A DNA stretch of 63,289 bases, counting the filler, from Globobulimina sp. (lineage: Eukaryota), in the NCBI GenBank assembly GCA_003354225.1. It is 49 parts of 49 records of this genome, joined end to end, with 100 filler letters (N's around TTAATTAATTAA, not from the genome) between each part and the next. Parts side by side here need not be neighbours in the genome. Positions count along the whole stretch, not along the records: positions 25,888 to 27,081 come from PIVH01021249.1; positions 27,182 to 28,375 come from PIVH01021250.1; positions 28,476 to 29,669 come from PIVH01021251.1; positions 29,770 to 30,963 come from PIVH01021252.1; positions 31,064 to 32,257 come from PIVH01021253.1; positions 32,358 to 33,551 come from PIVH01021254.1; positions 33,652 to 34,845 come from PIVH01021255.1; positions 34,946 to 36,139 come from PIVH01021256.1; 41 more parts are not named here. One strand, written 5' to 3'. This document shows, one piece after another, positions 25,888-37,433 of the stretch; position 1 is the first letter of the stretch; the number at the start of each line of letters is the position of its first letter. A program made the translations under genes and the position numbers. The notes below the pieces were generated by a model that was not told where the DNA came from, did not search any database, and was given only the letters and a program-made list of their open reading frames with translations.

Positions 25888-27081
25888 CCAGTTAAATCCG
25901 TCCCATTGCGAATCCGTTGATAAATTCAAAAATAAGAAACTTCGATTCCGTACTTATCACAAATTTCGGACCATTAAGAAACACAAAGACTTCATCAAAA
26001 TGATATTTCGCGAGGAAGCTGCTACAATCGCTCCAGTCCAGAATCCGACTTCGTTGATTCCTGAATTTGTACCGGATGCCGCCTTGTTATCTGTTAATAG
26101 ATTGAGCTTGAAATTTATTAGCATTCCACAACAATTTGATTTTAACAATATATTAATCGGATTACTTAATTTTGAAAGGTCAGCCCGGTTACATTGGATT
26201 TTTAACCGACCGGACGAAGAACAAGCGTTTTATGCCTCAAATAATGATAATGGCGGAGGTCCGCAACTGAAGCGACCCAAAATACCAAAGAATGATACTT
26301 TTTGGTACAATACAATCCGGAATATTTATGACTTTTGGAATAAGTCAAATATTTTATTCACAGAGGAACATTATAGTGCGTTCAATAAAAATGTGGTGTT
26401 TCCGGGAGGCCTTCGTAAGGTCATTGAGCAGACAAACAAAGTTAAATTGGAATCGTTTCTTCGCACCTTCACTCAAGAATATATTGAGGAGTCTCAACGG
26501 ATTCAGCGGAATACTGTATTCCCCACAAATCTTTCCGAAGAACAGGAGACAGCAATCACAGACTTACGAGACCACCCTGAGATTATACAACGCCCTTCAG
26601 ATAAGACAGGGAATTACGTATTCACGACTTCGGATACTTATTATTCCCAATCAAGGAAAACAATTCTAAAGCAGAATATGGTCCCGCTGCCCAATTTTGA
26701 TTTATCTGATTTGGCGAAGAAGTTTAATAAACTCATATTGTATTGGTTTGAAAAAGGAGAGCTTACATTCGAATGGATTGAAGCCATCAAAGCCAAGTAT
26801 CCCTACAATTATTATTATAAAGCCTCGAATATATATTGCCAGTACAAAGACCATAAACCAGATCCTCGCTCGCAACGCGCCATCAGCTCTTCATGCGGCA
26901 CAATGTTCAAACCCACCATGCAAATGATTCTATATCATCTATTACCCCAATGGTATAAGCTTAATTATCAAATTAAAGACACTAAAGCATTAATGTTTAA
27001 ATTGTTTGATTTAAATAATTTGCCAGCTCTACATTCCGCAGCGGACAATGGTAATTTGTTAATCTTCTCCATGGACGTCAT
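25888..27081 (+). mobile_element. Penelope-like element reverse transcriptase, N-terminal half
   Basis: LSLKFI.IP, NLSEEQETAITDLRDHPEIIQRPSDKTGNYV, KDHKP..RAISS, IKDT, LIFSMDV. Confidence 0.85.
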
Positions 27082-27181
27082 NNNNNNNNNNNNNNNNNNN
27101 NNNNNNNNNNNNNNNNNNNNNNNNNTTAATTAATTAANNNNNNNNNNNNNNNNNNNNNNNNNNNNNNNNNNNNNNNNNNNN

Positions 27182-28375
27182 GCATTGTCAAGAACAGAAT
27201 CATTAAGAATCAAGGCTTGGACCGGCGGCGATTTTGGCAGAAAAGATATCAAAACCGCAATCTCAAAGTGTTGTGTGATATAAATAACGAAGCAGACCGC
27301 TGTAACTCCATTGCGAAAACCTGTTGGGTCAAAACTGTGCAAAAACTTCACATTCACCTACCATGGCCTTCATGTCGCATGGAAGGTGTTGCCGATTGGA
27401 CTGGCACGCTCTCTGAGAATGAGATCTTCTTAAAAATCGAAGTGCCGCCCACTGTGCGCCTATGGTGCAAGAAGTGCAATACCGGCTTGCTGGAAGCTAC
27501 ACAGTCGCGGTGTTCCAATCGGCGTTGCGAGGGAGTACGCCCACAATATCTCGTCTACGAAGGCAAATGCGGCTTATTGAAGAACCCCTGCCTTCATCCC
27601 CGAGGTTATAAGCTATTCACCGCCGTCAATAGCGAGTTATTAAACAATTTATGTGACGGTGAATGCTTATTATTTTCGACGCAAACCAGCTGTACAACGT
27701 CGCCCGTCTTTGCGATGAGTGGCGCTGATTTGGATGGCGATGATTTTCTGGTGGTGACACAAAAGGATTTACTGCCAAACAGTGACTATGATATGGAGTA
27801 TAAATATGGTATTAAAGTGCAGAAGTTTGACGAACAGGGTCAGCTATCTTTGCCTGAATACATCGATGATTATACGATCGTGGATTACTTTTTAGAGTAT
27901 GCGTTGCATGAAAACACTGCAGAATTATCGCAGTTGCATGAGGCGTACAGCGAGCATAATGTGGAGGGGATTGGACATAGGGATTGTTTGGAGATTGCCA
28001 AATACCATTCCTTTGCATTGGATTTCCCCAAAACGGGCAAAGCTGCCATATTTCCAAAGGATAATGGCATTCCGATGAATAATGACATCAATAAATATGG
28101 ACATTGCATCTATCCGCATTATATGAGCAAAAAACCGGAGAAAATGAAGTTTCATTCCACGATGATCAAAGGCAGAATGTATGATTTTATACTGGATAAA
28201 TTGCCGCATGATCTGGCGCGGGATCGTAAGTTTAGAAAAGAAGCGGGTTTGATCGACTATCCTCCAAACCTGCCGCCACGCCCATTTTTGAGGGAGGCTC
28301 CAGAGGAAAATAATAAATTTGGATATAATCAGCAGAATCATAATGGCAAATATCAAGCACATCGCAATCAGATTA
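27182..28375 (+). CDS. Cellular (RNAi-type) RNA-dependent RNA polymerase, catalytic region, partial
   Basis: MEGVADWTGTL..NEIF, KNPCLHP, MSGADLDGDDFLV (DxDGD), HSFALDFPKTG, YPHYM, GRMYD. Confidence 0.95.
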
Positions 28376-28475
28376 NNNNNNNNNNNNNNNNNNNNNNNNN
28401 NNNNNNNNNNNNNNNNNNNTTAATTAATTAANNNNNNNNNNNNNNNNNNNNNNNNNNNNNNNNNNNNNNNNNNNN

Positions 28476-28680
28476 CATCATGACTGTCCATGATGTCAGT
28501 GGTAAATATCTTGAAATTAAACATTTGTGTGGTAAATATCTTGAAATTAAACATTTGTGTGTGGTAAATATCTTGAAATTAAACATTTGTGTGTGGTAAA
28601 TATCTTGAAATTAAACATCTTTGACATCATGAGTGTCCATGATGTCAGTGGTAAATATCTTGAAATTAAACATTTGACAT
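28476..28680. repeat. Composite tandem array: GTGGTAAATATCTTGAAATTAAACAT x5 plus two copies of a TGACATCATG-N6-CATGATGTCA palindrome
   Basis: Read directly from the sequence. Confidence 0.9.
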
Positions 28681-29776
28681 AATGATACGGAGTTATGTGC
28701 GTAGTGATATAACTCCAGTTATAGCATAAGATACCACTCTATATCTATAATCCGAATATATGGAAATGACACAATAAATAATGAAATCAATTATTTATTT
28801 AACAATAATTATTATCCAATGAATAATATTTGCTCACAAAGCACATCAATGAACCAAATCCATTATAATTATGCAAATATTTGTCAGTACCTAACCAACA
28901 TTTTCCATCACATATTATACTGTCACCGCCACAGCCACATATTGATAGTAATATTAATAACAACAATCAATCCATGGACACCATTGAATCAGTTTTGACA
29001 CAATTAAATCATGACCGTAAATTAATTAAATATTACTCACAATCAGTTGATGCTCAATCCATTGAAACGTTGTTGTTATCCAACAATAAAAATACGACAC
29101 ATTTGAGTGCGGTGCTGGAAGTGTTGCAGTTAATATTGAACAAAACAATAATGAAAATGCAATATTATCAAATATGCCAATATTTCATATTGATGAGAAT
29201 AAAATGGATGAAATTTGTGATTCAAAATTAAATGTTGAATTACAAATTGACAAAATATGTGGTGTTTGCCAGAATGAAATTACAATTGATGAATGGTCAT
29301 CAGTATGTGCATCGCCAAATTGCAGTGAATGTCTGAAAGATGTTAATTTTCCGTGTCTTATACCAGATTTAGAACATCAAACTATCCTATACTATCCTAT
29401 ACTATACTATCTATTACTATCCTATACTAAGTGACAAATATAGTTTTTATTGCCCAACTTGTTATGTATCATTAATTGGAAAAGATCGCTTGTCAGAGGG
29501 CACTATTCGAAAATATTTGGAGACACAGCATACATTGAAATGTCACCGGGTCAGGACTCAGATATTTTATTTGATGACATATTTAATAAACCAGAGGATA
29601 TAGAAATGCTGCAAGAAATATTTATTAATTGCAAAATATTTTTGAAAAATGTTGGAGTGCCGCCTGAGCNNNNNNNNNNNNNNNNNNNNNNNNNNNNNNN
29701 NNNNNNNNNNNNNTTAATTAATTAANNNNNNNNNNNNNNNNNNNNNNNNNNNNNNNNNNNNNNNNNNNNATACATT

Positions 29777-30166
29777 ATGTCTGGAAAAGGAAAGCGAGGC
29801 AGAGGCAAAGGAAAAGGAAAAGGAAAACAAGTGTCCCGTTCAGCCAGAGCAGGTTTACGATTCCCAGTTGGTCGCTTAGCTCGTTATTTGCGGCAAGGAG
29901 GTTATTCCAAAAGAGTTGGTGGCGCCGCACCAGTTTATATGGCAGCTGTTTTAGAATATATTGTGGCCGAAGTATTGGAGTTGGCCGGCAATGCTGCCAA
30001 AGATAATAAGAAATTGCGAATCATCCCAAGACATATCCAGTTAGCTGTTCGTAATGACGATGAATTGAACCAGTTCTTTGGAAATGCTATTATTGCGTCA
30101 GGCGGTGTCTTACCAAATATCAATGCTGCCTTATTACCAGAAAAAAAAGGAAAAAAGAAAAACTAA
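29777..30166 (+). CDS. H2A: Histone H2A
   Basis: [65 protein letters not shown]. Confidence 0.99.
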   Translation: MSGKGKRGRGKGKGKGKQVSRSARAGLRFPVGRLARYLRQGGYSKRVGGAAPVYMAAVLEYIVAEVLELAGNAAKDNKKLRIIPRHIQLAVRNDDELNQFFGNAIIASGGVLPNINAALLPEKKGKKKN

Positions 30167-30215
30167 TTCGCATCGCATATAATATTTATTTATTTAATTA
30201 TTTTATTTTTTACCA

Positions 30216-30231
30216 GGTGTTTTTCAACACC
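30216..30231 (+). promoter_or_regulatory. Histone mRNA 3' stem-loop
   Basis: ACCA-GGTGTT-TTTC-AACACC-ACCAA: 6-bp stem and 4-nt loop, 50 nt after the H2A stop, with the flanks of the SLBP-bound consensus. Confidence 0.85.
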
Positions 30232-30851
30232 ACCAATTTGAGACTATTATATTATATTATTCAATTTGAGAATTACTAGTCAATGATTTGTATGCTTAGT
30301 ATCTGTGTCTGTATCTGTATACATTATGGTTTTTTGATGATTGGTTTTACTCTGGCTTGAAATTTATAATTATCAAAAACATGGCACATACCCTCCATGT
30401 ACGTCAGATCAGATAGCACACTTTGATCTAAATATAACAAATGTTGGTGTTGGCGCTAAATTATATTTATAATTATTAAATTGAAGGCTGTACAGTCGAT
30501 GGTGTTGCATACAGTGATATGATATATTAGAATATGATGGTGCAGATCCACGCGGATTGGATGTCATAGCGTTGTATGTGGTGTTATTGAGAATGGATTC
30601 AATATAATATTAATTCAATTCAAATGAGACACCAACTTTGTAATTATAATGTTATGTGTCAGACATGGCCAATAAAATAGAAATTCGTTTCTAATTATTG
30701 ATAAGCAACATATTGGGAATTCTGATATAATATTTGATGTATTTGCAATTGTCTGACATTTCTTCACCAAAACAACATCAATCTCTTTCATATTCATATT
30801 CATATTAATATTAATAATTCAATTTTAGTTTAATTTATTAATAAATCAATA

Positions 30852-30963
30852 ATGTCCGGTCGTGGTAAAGGAGGCAAAGGTTTGGGAAAAGGCGGTGCCA
30901 AACGTTTCAGAAAAGGAGGAAAAGGAAATATTGCAGGAATTACAAAACCAGCCATCAGACGTT
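30852..30963 (+). CDS. H4: Histone H4, divergent N-terminus, 3' partial (absent from the ORF track)
   Basis: Translates to [37 protein letters not shown]. Confidence 0.95.
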
Positions 30964-31063
30964 NNNNNNNNNNNNNNNNNNNNNNNNNNNNNNNNNNNNN
31001 NNNNNNNTTAATTAATTAANNNNNNNNNNNNNNNNNNNNNNNNNNNNNNNNNNNNNNNNNNNN

Positions 31064-31187
31064 CTCACATTGTGCCCGGCCAAACCCATACAACACGCAT
31101 TCATCATAGATCTCTCACATTGTGCCCGGCCGAACCCATACAACACGCATTCATCATAGATCTCTCACATTGTGCCCGGCCAAACCC
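31064..31187. repeat. 50-bp tandem repeat (~2.5 copies)
   Basis: CTCACATTGTGCCCGGCCAAACCCATACAACACGCATTCATCATAGATCT repeated. Confidence 0.9.
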
Positions 31188-32357
31188 TTTCCCTCTCTGC
31201 CAATCACCATACACACATATTATTGTTTGTTTTTGTTTTTACAGAGCGAGAGCAGACCAAATAACAGGGAGAGAACACAAAATAATCGGAGACGACCACC
31301 ACGCCATCACAATCATAATAATATTAACAATGATAATGACGATAATGACGATAATAACGATGAAAAAGATGAAAATAATCAGGGAGCAAATGTTGGAGCC
31401 AGAAGATGGAGACAAGGTCAATCTGACCCCCTTCCACGCGAATATATCCGTGACGCAGCATTGCATGACAAGAAATTCGCAAAAAACAAACATATTTTGA
31501 CAAAAAGAGTATGTGATATGTTTTATTTTGTATACAAATTCTATTATATACATATACAGTTTAAACAAATGAAATATCAACACAAGTTTTTATCAGTGCT
31601 GCCATTGTATAACCGACGAAATGCCGGTCTGGAATTTGGCATTGAGATGCTGTTCAGCCGTGAGTTTGAGTGGACCATCAATGACGATCTTGTATGTATT
31701 ACACTTTTATTTGTTTGAATAATGTTTTTTTTCTGTACATACATAAACAGAAAGGACTTTGTACTGAATTTTTTAAATTTATATTTGGAGCTATTTGTGA
31801 AAGGGAGCGATTGGGATTTCCACGGAATTTGGAGATAAATGGAGCTTTTGTGTCTGGAGAACATATGCCTTTCTCTGATGATGATGATGATGATGAAGAG
31901 AATGACAATGACAATGATAATGTGGAAAATTCATTAGTTGGAATGGAGTCATATTGCTGGGAATCTACAACATTTATTTGAGATATCACCAGTCCTAGGC
32001 ATACTATACGAGTCGTGGCTGGGTCAATATTTAAACACACAAAATCGTTCGACTATTTATAATTATTTGGGTCGATCACAAGTACCTGATTTGCCTCCAC
32101 CATACGACAATGATAATGATTTGATACTGAATGTACCATTTTTTTTTGTGAATCTTCTATTTAAATGGCTGAGTCTCAGGTGACTACTGGCTGAGTCTCT
32201 GGTGTTATCATCCATTATATTTAACAACTCACATTCACACAAAGTTCGTAAATTCAANNNNNNNNNNNNNNNNNNNNNNNNNNNNNNNNNNNNNNNNNNN
32301 NTTAATTAATTAANNNNNNNNNNNNNNNNNNNNNNNNNNNNNNNNNNNNNNNNNNNN

Positions 32358-32848
32358 GATAAAAGCATGCAGGCAAGCACAGCTGCAATCATTCCCAGCC
32401 AGGGATTCAGGGTAACAAAGGTGACAATAAAGGCTGTTACAGCACCCACCGACATAACACCTTCCACTCCCAGATTCAAAATCCCTGAACGTTCACAAAT
32501 TATCTCACCAATGGTTGAACGCATCTTAAAACCGATCACCATCTCATCAATTTGATGATCGATGGCAAACCGAACAAGATCCTCACCTGGATCGCTTCGT
32601 CGAACGATGAGATGTACTTCATGGGGGATGTCTTCATTTATGAGCATTGTCTTAAGGTCATCTAAGCGCGCCTTTGCCTTTACATTGGCTACCTCGCCAT
32701 TATTATCGAGCGAATGTCCGACTATAGAGCTGACAACATAGAGCTTGGCATTAAAAGCCCTGGTGTGTTTAATGGCTACGTGTGTCACCTTGTTAGAGGT
32801 AAAATAGAGGTTGTATCCGAGCATAATTCTCATTTGCTTGTCTGTCAT
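32358..32848 (-). CDS. Bacterial universal stress protein joined in frame (probable chimera) to an ABC sugar/nucleoside permease fragment
   Basis: Usp (LYVVSS...DPGEDLVRFA...IDEMVIG..RS) switches at GEII to ERSGILNLGVEGVM (BPD_transp_2 permease); GAGGAGG RBS upstream. Confidence 0.8.
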
Positions 32849-34301
32849 GTTGCCTCCTCCTCGCAGAAAAAATAATGTCTCAGGTGTTGTCAGAAACAGT
32901 CAGTGCTAGTACAAAGCCCGAGTGATTCAAGCACTATACTAGCTTGTTCGCAAAACTTGAGCAACTCTTTTAGAAGATTGCCGATGTCCTGTTGCATTAC
33001 CAATTCATTAAAAAGATATTATTTGTCATTTTCCAATTGGCAAAAGTCTTCATTAATCTTAATAGCAAGTTGAGCCTTTTGCAAAAGTCACTTTCCTTTC
33101 GTGAAAATGGGTTTTGCGCTATGTAAATCATTGTTTTGTGTAAACTTAACAAGTGCCGTTGAACCATGTTTGTTCAAATTGATGGTTTTGCAAAACCCTG
33201 AGTTGACTGTATATATAATATTGTATAGCAGAGACACAGAAAATACTAATCGCTGGTTTTCTATTGAATTGCCAGCTGTGAAATAATTGCAGATCGTGGG
33301 AAAACGAATTTCGGCCACACTGTCAATAACAAAAGGAAAACAATAATACAATTTTGCATTCTTCATAAATTAAATAAAAAGAATGCTGCACGATTCTTTC
33401 TTCAGTATCATATTGTTAGAAGAAAAGGTGAGTGGGAGAACATTTAATCTGCTGGCAACGGCATTTTTGGGAATAACACTTTTCTTTTTAGTACCTTACT
33501 CCATAAAAGCTGTCACTTAGTTCAGTACCCCCTTGAAGGGTGCTCGGTTCANNNNNNNNNNNNNNNNNNNNNNNNNNNNNNNNNNNNNNNNNNNNTTAAT
33601 TAATTAANNNNNNNNNNNNNNNNNNNNNNNNNNNNNNNNNNNNNNNNNNNNTGGTTGTAATAATTAAATTCATTGCACGTCTCAGACAAACTGCATATGC
33701 TTTCCAATGAAGCATAACATTTTTGCTTATCATCCAATTAATTGCCTTTAATTTATTTATTTTTTGACCTTGAATTTTCGTGTATGAGTATTTGTTGTGG
33801 TCGATATCATTCTAAGTGTCTCGCCATGAGCCATTGCGACCTCTACAGCAAGATCATGATTTTTATTGTTTATGTTTCTGCTCAAACTCTGTATCAGTAT
33901 CAACAATAATAATTATACTGTATTAAAAAGAATCGACTGTACAGTACACATGACCTTATTGCTGAGCAGTTTCTTTTTGAAGCGTGGCATTTTCGCAAAG
34001 GATCTTTTCTGTTTCTCTCTTCTTTGTTGCGCCTTCTTTCTTTTATTTCCACCTTTACTCTTGTTACGGCCTCTATTGTTACTACGCTTTCCTTGTGCCA
34101 TTGTCAAAGTTCTTTATTAAAAATGATCTAAAAAACGTCAAAGTGTAAATATCAACTTCAAATCATTCCCTTTTACAAAAACAGCGAAAAAAAAATGAAA
34201 TCAAAATCTCACACCAGTCTGCTATCAAAACGAAAGCACATCCAAGGTACCCAAAAAAATAAATACGCACTTGATTCCAATCCAATATATCAACAAAATC
34301 A

Positions 34302-34845
34302 GTGATGACCAGTCAAAACTATGGCAGTGTGCCGAATGCAAATGCCAATTTGGGAGCATTTGGTGCGAGCCCATCTCCACCACCAGCCAGTCCCGCAAAT
34401 AATATCCAACATCTTATGCATTTAACCAACTTACCCCGCAATTATTCCTCGCCGGTGTTAACCACGCCGAAATCCACCAAACTGAGAGGACTCTACGAAG
34501 CAACCATAGCTTCACCATATTTTCGCACATTATCGCCAAGGGTTGGTTCCATACGCAAAGCTAGCGATGCTTCCATCGTTGCTCCAAGTTCAACTGGCAC
34601 CGTTCCAGTAACTCCCAAATCAGCAAAATCAGCCAAATCAGCAAAGTCAGTCACTTCTACTGAAGGTGAAACAGTCCGCGCACCCAAATTGGTCGGTGTT
34701 TGGGGTGCAGGATTTTCGATTATTAATTTATTTCTAGGATTAGGATTACTATCTTTCCCCTACGTATGTACTACGACTAGTATCTATACAGAACTATAAA
34801 AATATTGTCTATATACAACAGGCTTTGGCCGAGGGCAGTTTTGTG
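34302..34845 (+). CDS. Amino-acid transporter (Aa_trans/AVT-like) N-terminus, intron 34764-34821
   Basis: GAGFSIINLFLGLGLLSFPY|ALAEG after a Ser/Pro-rich tail. Confidence 0.75.
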
Positions 34846-34945
34846 NNNNNNNNNNNNNNNNNNNNNNNNNNNNNNNNNNNNNNNNNNNNTTAATTAATTA
34901 ANNNNNNNNNNNNNNNNNNNNNNNNNNNNNNNNNNNNNNNNNNNN

Positions 34946-36139
34946 GCTTGAAGCGCCAGAATCAAGTATTATTCTTTTTCTGGTTTCTTTGCCGCCATTG
35001 ACAACATGTGTAGCATGAAAGTTAAATTCATCATCATATTCAGTATGATATCCTGAATGTTCTTTCTTTTTCAGCCAGGTTGCACATTCATTTTTCTTGT
35101 GACCATATCCTTTGCATTCAAAACATTGAGTGTCCGCTGTTGTCTCTGATTTTGCACCACGAGAATATGCGCCACGGCCGCCACGGCCTCTTGAAAAACC
35201 ACCATGTGAACGTCCGCCACGAGAATGTCCGCCACGGCCTCGTCCGCCGCGTGACCTTGAAGTGCCGGAATCTGAACTTGTAGATTGTCCGCTTGCACCG
35301 AAAGGGTCACTATAGAATGCATTTTCTTCGGAGGTTTCCTTGGAATGTTTGTAATTGGATACTAATTCAATAATTTTGACCATATTCATACCTCCTAACT
35401 GAATTTGAGTTGAAATCGACGTAACTAGGGTTGCATACGACGGTGGAAGTAAGGAAATTGTCGTCATACACTGCATTTTGTCAGATATTGGTTCACCAAG
35501 TGCTGCCATCTGATTATAGTTCGATTTTCGTTCAATCAACCATTTTTTCGGATCTTCCCGTTCAGTCATATGACGCAACAAACGTTGATTGATAGATAAT
35601 AAATTGAACGCGGACTGAGATTCGAAATGGAGGACCAAATCTTTCCAAAGTTGAACAGGGTCTTGCGGAGCTTTAGGCAAAACATGTCCTAATTCTTCTG
35701 GAATTGACTGAATAATAAGATGAATTGCTTCCATTTTGCGTTTTCGGAAAGCCTTGACTGCAGCTTCATTTGCTGCGACAGCAACATGTTCAACATCATT
35801 GACAATGTCCCACAACTCTTGCGATTCTAAGGTAACAATCATTTGCCTCGACCAGTGAGGCCAGTTCTTTTCGGTTAACTTCAAAAGTTCGATTTTGACG
35901 GACTTTGTAGCCATAATGACGTTGCAATAATAGTTCAAGAATGATATATAAAGAGTCACTTTAGTCCAAAGAATCAAGGAAAGCGTGGCTTGATGTCCAT
36001 AACCACTTGGGAGGGTGGATTTTCCAAGTTTCAAAACCACAATAAAAATGTTCTAGATTAAATGGACTGTTCTGAATGTTGTAGTGACTTTTCTAACCGA
36101 TAATCAACAAGATTTATCATTCATATCATCAACTAAATA
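34946..36139 (-). mobile_element. Ty1/copia retrotransposon 5' part: probable LTR end and PBS, Gag with CCHC knuckle, start of protease
   Basis: KLTEKNWPHWSRQM...ELWDIV, LPPSY, CFECKGYGHKKNEC, IILDSGAS. Confidence 0.92.
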
Positions 36140-36586
36140 NNNNNNNNNNNNNNNNNNNNNNNNNNNNNNNNNNNNNNNNNNNNTTAATTAATTAANNNNN
36201 NNNNNNNNNNNNNNNNNNNNNNNNNNNNNNNNNNNNNNNCTGTTATTATAATCTGTATTCGTCGCATAAATTGTTATTACTTTTGGTTGTGTTAATTGAT
36301 GGATGTCGAAGGAACTGGACACTTTTTAGTTATTTAATTAAAATATTGCACAGAATGCAATGTAAAACGGCAGATTTATATTTAACGAAAACAAGCGATG
36401 ATAAGCAAAGCAGTGCAGAGACTGCAATGATTAATGAATTAAATTATGAATTTGTTGAACGTGGTGCAAAATTATTAAAAACGTAAAAAAGTTAAATGTT
36501 GAATTAAATGTTTTTAAATGACAATTTAACACAGAAAAAAATAATAATAAATTAATAGAAATAATAAGAAAAAAAAAATAATTCAA

Positions 36587-37433
36587 TTAATAACAATTTG
36601 TCTTATTTTTATGATAAACACAAACAATGACATTAACCACACAAATCACACAAATGACACACATTAAAAACCAGATATTTACCAATGCAAAATCACTAAA
36701 ACTCAAACTTAATGAATATGTGCCATGTTCTGGCAATTCATTGTTATTATTATCCATCGCCTCATTGTCAGCAAACAATGCGTTATTTGCGTCGTCCGAC
36801 GAATCATCACTCTCTGCACTGTCTGATGACGAATCTGATGATATGGCCATTGATGTTGTTGCGGTGGTTATGGGCATTGCCGTTGTCGTGGGACAGTAAG
36901 TGGTAATGCATAGTGTCCAACTTTCAAATGTCCCAATATCCCCACTCACAGCATCGATAACTGAGAGTGTCCAAACAGTCTCAACATCCAATAAATCGCC
37001 ACCGAATTCTTCAGCAAAGGGAGAAATTGGTTGAACATCATCTGCTCCATTTGGACAGCCGTAGGGTATGTCGCTTGAATCTTTTGTTTTTATTTGTATG
37101 TCATATTAATTAGTGATCAAAATACAAATAACAAATAAGAAACAACCTAGAAACGTACCTGTCACAGTGACTTCTAAGCCATTCTGATTACCACATTGAT
37201 CACCAAAAAATTCAAAACCATTTAAACTAAAATGTAAATCAGACACATATTGATGGGTAACTTCGAGTGTAATACTCAGGGAATCAACAAAACAGCCGGA
37301 CGGTTCCGCAGATGCTGTTATATCGTCTTGGATTCCGTTTAGGTCACCGTCAGGAATTGGTATTGCTGGTGATTGTGTAATACTGATATCGCATTGTGAA
37401 TAAGCAGCAACAATGAATAATACGAATGCATAC
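36587..37433 (-). CDS. Secreted, membrane-anchored protein with a proprotein-convertase P-domain, intron 37081-37158
   Basis: Signal-like YAFVLFIVAAYSQ, PAIPIPD, ITLEVTHQYVSDL, WTLSVIDAVSGDIGTFESWTL, Thr/Ser/Asp stalk, C-terminal TM. Confidence 0.75.

Noticed and set aside
24594-28375. Polinton + Penelope RT + RdRP as one multi-gene system
   Set aside because: These are three separate contigs, adjacent only through length sorting
28476-28680. CRISPR array
   Set aside because: The units are directly tandem with no unique spacers
32358-32848. Novel Usp-ABC permease fusion protein
   Set aside because: Both parts are truncated and join at a shared GEII microhomology, so a chimera is the simplest explanation
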